Shown: piece by piece, positions 55,833 to 64,000 of the stretch | Position numbering within the stretch: the first letter of the stretch is position 1 | How the letters are laid out: each line of letters begins with the position of its first letter | NCBI GenBank assembly: GCA_010093815.1 | Contig: ML996573.1 | Strand: one strand, 5' to 3' | Origin: Pseudovirgaria hyperparasitica | Lineage: Eukaryota | DNA length: 64,000 nt | The notes under the pieces: generated by a model | Seen by the model: only the letters and a program-made list of their open reading frames with translations | Databases searched by the model: none | What the model was told of the DNA's origin: nothing | Made by a program: the position numbers and the translations under genes

Positions 55833-56827
55833 AGTGCGGGAATGATGAGAGAATGCTGCCAGGGGTCGTCCAGCGACCGTGTATCTACAGTCGGTAGATC
55901 AGTGTAGAGAGAGAGAGATTAATGACGTAGATGGTGTCTTGAGGGTTTTGTGAGAAGAGCGTTGCAGAGCCAGTCCTAGAGAACTCCGCTTCTACCAGCT
56001 GTAGATGATTAGCGCTGCTTCAATCGCTACTTCCAGTCATATATATGTCTTTAGAGAAGCGACGTCCTTCAGACGCTCTGTCCCATTGCCTTGGATCTAG
56101 GTCTCAGTGCCGCTGGTAATAATCATTACCAAGGTAAATAGAAATGTGTCTTCAAGCTTTGGAAGAGAGAGAGAGAAAGATCATCTCGACTAAGAAAAGG
56201 ACTTCATCAGACCTTGATGAGTGTATCTGACATTCTTGACGCCTGTCTCGAAGGCAGTGACAGTTTGAGCCATCATGAGAAGCGTTGTCCAGGTCTAGAG
56301 ACGTAGCATTCACCGACTAGATCTACCATCAGTATCTCTAGAGCATCTCAACAAGATGTCAATAAGGTCCGGCCACTTGGCAGAGCATTTGTATCCGTAG
56401 AGGCAAGCTTTGACTCATTTCACCATCTGTAAGACTGCAATAGTCTGTAGCATAGAACTTGCAGTATCCTGAAGAGCGTATCTCCCTGTACTATGTGCTC
56501 TTGCGAAGAATGATCTCCCTGTTGTAGCAGCCGAGCATGGTTTGTAGATCCAAGGTTCGTTATCAACAACGCTGTGATCGAATGTAGTCTCCAGGTGGGA
56601 CGCTAGGCCGCCAGTAGTTAGATTTCATCAGCCTCAGTTTCAGCCACACCTTCCAATGACGTCAATCTCCAACGAGCTTTCCATGAGTATTCACTGCACA
56701 CCTTGCATGTCCCTATCTCGTCGCGCCATCCTGTTTATGTTTCGCTTCCAAGAAGATATGTTGATGCGTTCAGAGTGCGAATCTGCCTACATGCCCCCCG
56801 CCATCTCAGGTCTCTCTATCATCCACA

Positions 56828-59010
56828 ATGAACGACCCCGGCATGGATGGTCCAGTCGGGCGCGCGGCTGACGACGTCGAGGATAACACACCGGAGAAAG
56901 AGCTCGATACAAGTGCTGGGGGAGAACAGGACTTTCTCGGCCCAAGCAGGTGGTGGTTCGCCTCGACTGCATGTCCCTTGATAGCTGGCACGTTTGGGCC
57001 CATGGCGAGCGCGTTCTCCATCTGTGCTCTGGTGGAGAAATGGAGAGTGTATATACCGGAGGGTCAAACAGAAGCGTCTGGGCAGGCGGTCGAAGATCCA
57101 CATTGGTACGATCGAAGACCTATGCAATCAGCTCCCAGCGTAGTCTCCTGCGGTTTCCTACGCTGGCCAGGCTGACGCTTTGTGTGTAGGCTTATAGCAA
57201 TAAATTCAGTATCTCTCGCTTGCGCCTTGATCGCGAACATGGCTCTCCTTCTGAATATGGCTCGTCGAGTTTCTTTTGCTATTGCGCAACCCGTAACAAT
57301 CGTTGGCTGGCTGGTCGCTTCGGCCCTCCTGATCGCCCTGGTGAGTGTAGCCTCATCGCCCGTGTTTCGAATCGAACCGGCATCAGAGCACGCTCTCACG
57401 CAGGCGTACTACTATGCGATAATGGCAGCCGGCCTTTACTTTGCTGTCGCCATACTCATGATCATAACAGTGGTGGGTGCGTACAGGGAACATTACCCTA
57501 AGATGTTCAGGTTGACTATGGCGCAAAGAACTCTGATGTTGCAAACAATCACATTCATGGTATATCTACTTGTAGGTGCTCTTGTCTTCGCCAAAGTCGA
57601 AGGGTGGGCATATCTAGACGCGGTATACTGGGCGAGCTTTACCCTGCTCACCGTTGGAATCGGTGATTATGCTCCTACCACACATCTGGGCAGAAGTTTA
57701 CTTTTTCCTTTCGCGATTGGAGGCATTGTCACAGTCGGTCTTGTTGTTGGCTCGATAAGATCCCTTGCTCTGGACCGGGGAAAACACAAGTTAAAGGCTA
57801 GGATGACGGAAAAGAAGCGAGAGGCAGTCCTGTCGACTGTCAATCTGGAGAAACGAACTATACGTGTTGGCATATTTAATTCTATAGAGTTCGCTCAGAA
57901 GGGACTGACAGAAGCCCAAAGACGAGAGCAAGAGTTCCTCATCATGCGGAGAGTGCAACACGACGCCCAACGAATGAGGCAGTGGACATCGCTGATTGTA
58001 TCTACGTTGGCAGCATTGACTCTAGCATTGGTCGGAGCAGTTGTATTCTGGCAATCCGAGAAGCCCCAAGGATGGAGTTATTTTCAGGCATTCTATTTTT
58101 CGTATGTTTCTTTGTTGACGATAGGATATGGGTACGTAGAGAAACATGTAGTTGTAGTGTACGACCGAACATCCACTGACATCTTCACAGAGACATTTCC
58201 CCAACTAGCAATTCCGGCAAGGCATTCTTTGTGTTCTGGTCACTATTAGCAGTCCCAACCCTTACTATTCTGATCAGCAACATGGGCGACACAGTTGTAA
58301 AGGTGTTTCGAGATCTGGTCATCTGGATCGGCGCATTCACGGTCTTGCCCGGCGAAAGAGGAACCAAGGAAGCACTCAACGATACGATGTCTCGAGTGAA
58401 GCAATATATGCATCCTAAAAAATCGTATCACGGAATATTCGGCCAGTCAGGCCACGAAAGGGATACAGCACATAGAATCGAGGAAGTCAGTAAGAGAAGG
58501 CTTGCTGCGTGCTTCGAGAAAGAAGAGCTAATGGCTGCGGATGATGCTGGCTCGGAGGGAGAGGACACCGAACGAGATGTGCATTTCTACAATTATGTTC
58601 TCGTGAGCGAAATTCGCAACGTCATGAAAGACGTCAATGCCTCTCCACCAAAAAGGTACAGCTACGGCGAATGGGCTCACTTTCTCAAACTTTTGGGTCA
58701 AGATGAACACAACCCGGAGCACCATAGGACACCTCCAATTGTCGAAGATAAGAATGTAAGACCTGGCCAGAATGAACAGTCCAGACTTGACTTCGGGAAG
58801 GCAGGTTATCGTAATGTTGGTAGTGAGGCGTTGGCTTGGAGCTGGCTGGGAATACGAAGTCCACTGCTAGGCAATCAGAGTGAAGCAGAGTGGGTTCTCG
58901 AGAGGCTAACAGCGACGCTGGAGTTTCATTTGAAATCGCTACAGGCAGGGCGGCAACTAACAGGAACGAAGCATCCTCCTATCCGTAGATCTGACCTCAC
59001 TAAACATTAG
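56828..59010 (+). CDS. TOK1: Two-pore, 8-TM outward-rectifying potassium channel; exons 56828-57105, 57190-58131, 58191-59010
   Basis: WWFASTACPLIAGTFGPMA, QRTLMLQT, pore 1 LLTVGIGD and pore 2 LLTIGYG|D. Introns 57106-57189 and 58132-58190. Confidence 0.93.
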
Positions 59011-59532
59011 TGAAATGATAGTCATGACATATGCACAAACAAAAAACTATTGTCCATCTTTTTGCTCGATCATGATATCAGACATATAATGTTGGTTCGT
59101 TAGTAAAAGGCAGGAGGGGTTACTTTCTGGATTGCTCCTTCCCGTTGTTGTTCACTTTGTGTACTCCGTCTCAAAGCGGTAAGGCTCCAACGCGCACACG
59201 AGCACCGCTGCTCCGAGTCACAACAACTGTCAAGCTGATTTTTCTCACCTTTGACACGTCGCCCTCTTTACCCCCAGATCTTGTGAGCTTCGTTGGTCTC
59301 ATCTTCAGCTTCCACCACACCTCGCTTGCATTCCTTATATACACTCCAAGGTAAGTCAAGCTTCTGCAATCTGTTTCAACTTATCATTAACCTCACTTCT
59401 CAACTATTCAAGTCAACGTACCACCTCAAAGATCTGAAAGTAAATCTTCTTCTCCAATGTTCGCTGCTAAAGACAAATATAGCTTCGCGCCTTTGACCAC
59501 TCCTTGTTCAAGCACTGTTGAGATCTTTCACC

Positions 59533-61581
59533 ATGTCTGAGAACGGTGAGACTTTCGACAATGGCGATGCCTTCGAAACGTCGGCAATGAAGACGGTGAT
59601 CGAGTCTGCGACGATTCCAGCACCTCCTCTCAACGCCGCGGACTCCATGGCCAAGGTCAAGGAGCACGGTTGGGTCGAGCGTACTGCCTACGACTACAAG
59701 AAGTTCAGCGATGATCGCGAAACTCGTGAAGCTGAAGTTGTTGACGAAGCCGGTCAGCCTGCTCTTATTGAGGGCGCGGACTGGCTCTCCAGTGCTATGC
59801 GCTACGAGTGGGATGATGAGTATGGTGATGTCGGCCCGAAGATTCCAAGACTCGAAGAAGAGCTGTTTGGAAAGACGTTCCGTCAGGAGACTGGTAGTTA
59901 TCTCGATGCTTACGACTTGAAGGTCACTGTCGAAGGTGACAATCGCCCCCCACCAATCATCTCGGTATGTGGATGCTCACTCTTGTTTGACGTCAGATTC
60001 TGACATGTACTCTGATAGTTCGAGGATGCGGGCCTTCATCCTGTCATGCTGGAGAACGTCAAGCTTTGTGGTTATAACAAGCCAACTCCAATCCAAGGCT
60101 ATGTTATTCCGGCTGTTCTCACTGGCAACGATGTAGTCGGTTGTGCGCAAACCGGTAAGTCCTGAGTAAACCCTTTACCTTGAATAGCTTCACTCACAGG
60201 ATCTAGGCTCCGGCAAGACCGCCGCATATCTCATCCCTGTTCTTTCCCGCCTCATGGGTAAAGGCCGCAAGCTTGCAGCCCCTCGCCCATTGAAGAAAGA
60301 CTGGACTGATTCAAACAAGGTACGTGCTGAGCCGCTTGCTGTGATTGTCTGCCCGACCCGCGAATTGGCCTGCCAGATCTTCGATGAGGCCCGTCGTCTT
60401 TGCTATCGCACACAGCTTCGTCCCTGCGTCATCTACGGTGGCGTCCCCACTCGTGAGCACATGAATGAGATTCAGCGAGGATGTGATATTCTCATCGCCA
60501 CACCTGGTCGTCTGATGGACTTTATGGATCGTCCGAACGTCCTCTCCATGAACCGCGTCAAGTAGGCAATACCCCAGTAGTGACACCCTTGAGCTGTGGT
60601 TGACAAGCTGTAGGTACACCATCATCGACGAGGCAGACGAACTTCTCCACCCTGACTGGGAGAGAGAGATGAGCTTGATCATGTCCGGCGGAGGTATTTA
60701 CATTTCTGCATGCTTGTACAAGTCTTGTTCGCCATGACTGACTTGGAATCACAGACACCAATGAGGATGCTGATCATCTGTACATGATGTTCTCAGCCAC
60801 ATTCCCAGCAGCAGCGCGCAAGCTTGCTATGACCTTCATGGCTGACGATTACGTGCGTGTGCGGATTGGACGAACAGGGTCCACGCACACCAACATCAAG
60901 CAGGCAATCTGCTACATTGCCAAAGAACATAAGCGCGATGCCCTGTTTGACCTCTTGTTGTCAATGCCTCCGTCCCGAACCTTGATCTTTGTCAACTCCG
61001 TTCGGATGGCCGATATGTTGGATGACTTCTTGTACAACAAGGGTCTTCCTTCGACATCGATGCATAGCGGTCGCACCCAGAAGGAGCGTGAGGATGCTAT
61101 TCGTGCGTTCCGCATGGCGCAAACCCCCATCATGGTTGCCACTGGCGTGTCCGCTCGTGGTTTGGACATCAAGCACGTCATGCATGTCATCAACTTTGAT
61201 CTCCCCTCAGCAGCACATGGAGGAATTCAGGAGTATATCCACCGTATCGGCCGTACGGCGCGCATTGGGAACGAGGGACTCGCTACTTCTTTCTATAACG
61301 AGGACAATGAGGATATCGCCGAAGATCTCTGCAAGGTCATGCTCGAAGCGAAGCAGCCGATCCCTGACTTTTTGGAGGGCCGCATCGACGAGACGGCTTC
61401 GATCCATTGGGATGACAATTCTGACAACGAGGAATTGCCAGGCACTGGTGGAGCTGCTGATGCCGATGAGGTTGTTGACCCCTGGGGAGATGCTCCTGTG
61501 GTCGCGGTTGTAGCACCTGCGGACACTGGTTCCGCCGGCGATGGTGGGTTTACTATTGACGAGAATGCTATTGCTTGGTAG
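59533..61581 (+). CDS. DEAD-box RNA helicase, Ded1/DDX3/Vasa clade; exons 59533-59964, 60019-60154, 60207-60561, 60614-60693, 60755-61581
   Basis: Q motif ([15 protein letters not shown]), AQTGSGKT, PTRELA, TPGRL, DEAD, SAT, ARGLD and HRIGRTAR. Four canonical introns. Probable 5'UTR intron starting GTAAGT at 59351. Confidence 0.92.
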
Positions 61582-61899
61582 ATTGGAATGGTAGGATACG
61601 CATATTGGTTGTCCGACCATAAGCTGTGGCCCTGATTCGGCTGACTAGACGATTTGGTAGCTTCTGTGACTGAATGGTTGGTTGGTCATATTAGACTCGG
61701 TTGGAATGATCACGGATGCTATTTAATCACTAGACTGTGTGAAGCCTCACGATATCGGGACTTGCAAGGAGGACGGCAGGGAAATGTCACGAATGTGGTG
61801 AACCCGCCAGAGAATGAGAAGATTGGGGGGAGTGGCGATTAATCAACGAGCTGTAGCAAAAAGAGAGATTCAAGCTAGAACCTTGCAGTGCTCATTTGT

Positions 61900-64000
61900 G
61901 AAGTAGGGCGTGTATGACTATGCTGTGCGTGTGAGATTGGTGGATGGGTGTGTGCAGACGGTGTAGCAAGTTCCGTGTCCAAGGGGGAGCGAGACGTGGG
62001 AGTCAGGCCGTCAGGCAGGCATGGATCCATTAGTCAAGTAGTCAGGCAGGGCATGGTAAGGCAGGCAGTTATCCAGTGCAGTCAGGCAACCAAAGCGAGA
62101 AGCGACAACAACGAGGCAAGGCAATAAGGCAGGATGGATGTACGTATACATAGCCTAAGCGTCGCCGTTCGTTTAGTATCAAGGGCAACTGCTAACGGAG
62201 TGAATCATGCTGAAATGAAATAAAGGAATTAGGTTAGACCAAGGAACGAGAAGAAGGTATGGAATGTAATACATTCCATCTGTCAATCTGTCAATCTGTC
62301 CAATCTGTCTGATCTGTCGGGCATTAAGCGATGCTTGTATCTGTTTTCTATATTTATTTATCAAGATGGACTGGACTGGAATGGAATGGAATGACGTTAT
62401 TCTCCAGAAATGATGAAAATAAAAAGCTCAGTTTGTGATGGACCTCGGTACGTATGTCAAGATGGTATGAGTATGTTTATGGCATGAAACAGAAGTGCGT
62501 GGGGCTAGGCTAGGCTAGGCGGGCGTGCGTGCGTGCGGGAGCCAAGGGTTTCTATATTTAGATTGCGTTGGGGCACTCTGGTACAGTATGCGAAAAATCA
62601 GTGGCGGGCTTTTTGTTATAGGTATTTCATGTGTATATGTATTTATGTATGTATGTATGTCACTGCGATCGAGCGTTCGGTGGGGTTGTGCTTGTCTGGG
62701 TGTCTGTGGTGGGTAGGTAGGTAGGACGGGAGAGCCAGTCGGGGCGAGTCAGTGTCATGCCATGGATGTGTATTCCACACGCTTGGGCCGAGGAATGGAA
62801 GGATGGAAGAATGGATGGAAGAATGGAAGAGAGAGGAGAGAATGGGAAGGGAGAGTGGGAATGAATGGAAGGGATGCGGTGTGACATGGGGCGAATGGGT
62901 GTGTTGTTTGTTTGTTTGTTGTTGTTGTTGTTGTTCTTCTTTGCTGCGGTGTGTATGTATGCGTGTGGTATGTAGTCAGATATCGTGGAATGCGGCGCAC
63001 GACAGGGGCATGGGGCATGTGCGTGTTTACCAACGAATGGTAAGATGGGATGGGGTGGAGGGAGCGCGGAGGAGGATGAATGGACGGCAGGATCCATGGT
63101 GAGACGGTTAAGACGGCCGCTCGAGCCGTTCCGATGGAATGGCGCTGTGAGAGAGAGTGAGAGAGAGTGAGGTATTACATGTGTACGTACTAATTATGTA
63201 TGCTGTGTGGTGAGCAGGGTCCGCTGGGATGGATGAATGGACGATGGATGGACGATGGATGGAGTGATGGCAAGATGACATGCAGGATCTATTTTTTTTA
63301 TCGCTGTACGGCCTACCTACAGGCAGGTGTACGTATCCCATGTATCCCATACATACGTACATACATACATACATACATGCATCCATACATACAGTACGAG
63401 AATCACGACCGCACGTGGTGGCATGCGGGCTGAGCAATCGGCGCCGCCCCCTCCCTGCTCACCACCCGTTCGCTTTGTTCCGTGCTCGAAGCGGACAAAG
63501 GCGATGGAAATGCGCGGGCGCAAAGAGGAATTTGGAACAGACTGAGAGAGAAAGAGAGAAGGAAAACAAAAAAAAAAAAAAAACCAGGAACGCAGACAGG
63601 GCAGGCATGTGTATCATAGGGGGAGTGTGTAAGGGCAAACAGTGAGAAGCTGGAGAGCTGAAGCAGGGGAGGATACGAGGCGTGGTGTTGTGCAGGGAGG
63701 GGTGTTCATGGATGGATGGGATGGAATGACAGACGGGAGAGTGTGGTGGCACGGCAGGCTTCTGGAAGAGAGAGGTGATTTATTGATGGGATTCGTGGAG
63801 TGTATTTGTCGGTGGAGTGAGTACAGGAGATGGATGGATGGATAGAAGTGAATAGTTGAATAATAATCAATCAACATCAAACATGGATGATGAAACATGG
63901 ATGATGACTCTGATTGTTCGTTGAAACCTGAGGCAGCCAAGAATGACGGAACGACGCCAAGACCGGGACGATTATGTAATACGTCATCTCTGCGCTGTGT
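61900..64000. repeat. Microsatellite-rich non-coding region
   Basis: (CAATCTGT)n ~62284, (GGCTA)n ~62503, (GTAT)n ~62647, (GTTT)/(GTT)n ~62905-62935, (ATAC)n ~63350-63390, (GGAT)n in several places, and a poly-A run ~63568-63582. Confidence 0.75.

Noticed and set aside
55840..56480. Loosely recurring GAGAAG(A)GCGTTG..CTAGAG words
   Set aside because: Only 2-3 imperfect, irregularly spaced copies with no terminal repeats or target-site duplication; not enough for a repeat or MITE call.
62500..63950. Numerous 60-145 aa ORFs
   Set aside because: Translations are microsatellite-derived (YVCMYV, NNNNK, WMDG).
1..64000. CRISPR arrays, rRNA, intact transposons, secondary-metabolite core genes
   Set aside because: No repeat-spacer array, rRNA signature, transposase/RT/integrase or PKS/NRPS motifs were recognised by eye.

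Overview
Eukaryotic, gene-dense DNA from a filamentous ascomycete (Pezizomycotina, probably Dothideomycete-like), judged from ~50-70 nt GT..AG introns with CTRAC/CTAAT branch sites and fungal gene families. Housekeeping genes: cytosolic aspartyl-tRNA synthetase, RRP40 head-to-head with the Hsp70 SSZ1, a Vps62-like protein, SED5, a TOK1-type K+ channel and a Ded1/Vasa-clade DEAD-box helicase. Also present: three F-box genes, a GNAT, a secreted CE2-like SGNH esterase, an orphan MFS transporter and two giant low-complexity ORFs in tandem. Two regions stand out. (1) A compact four-gene sugar cluster at 21.5-30.8 kb: Zn2Cys6 regulator, intracellular GH32 beta-fructofuranosidase, alpha-glucoside permease and intracellular GH13 alpha-glucosidase, with CGG-repeat and CreA-type motifs in its promoters. 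(2) An orphan island at 34-41 kb containing a C2HC-finger gene, a stop-riddled pseudogene, and a tail-to-tail pair of small spliced genes that the ORF track misses or only fragments. The pair shares an ungapped ~50 aa C-terminal Cys/His domain I do not recognise. No tRNA, rRNA, CRISPR array or intact transposon was recognised. All exon structures were derived by hand, and no database search was run.
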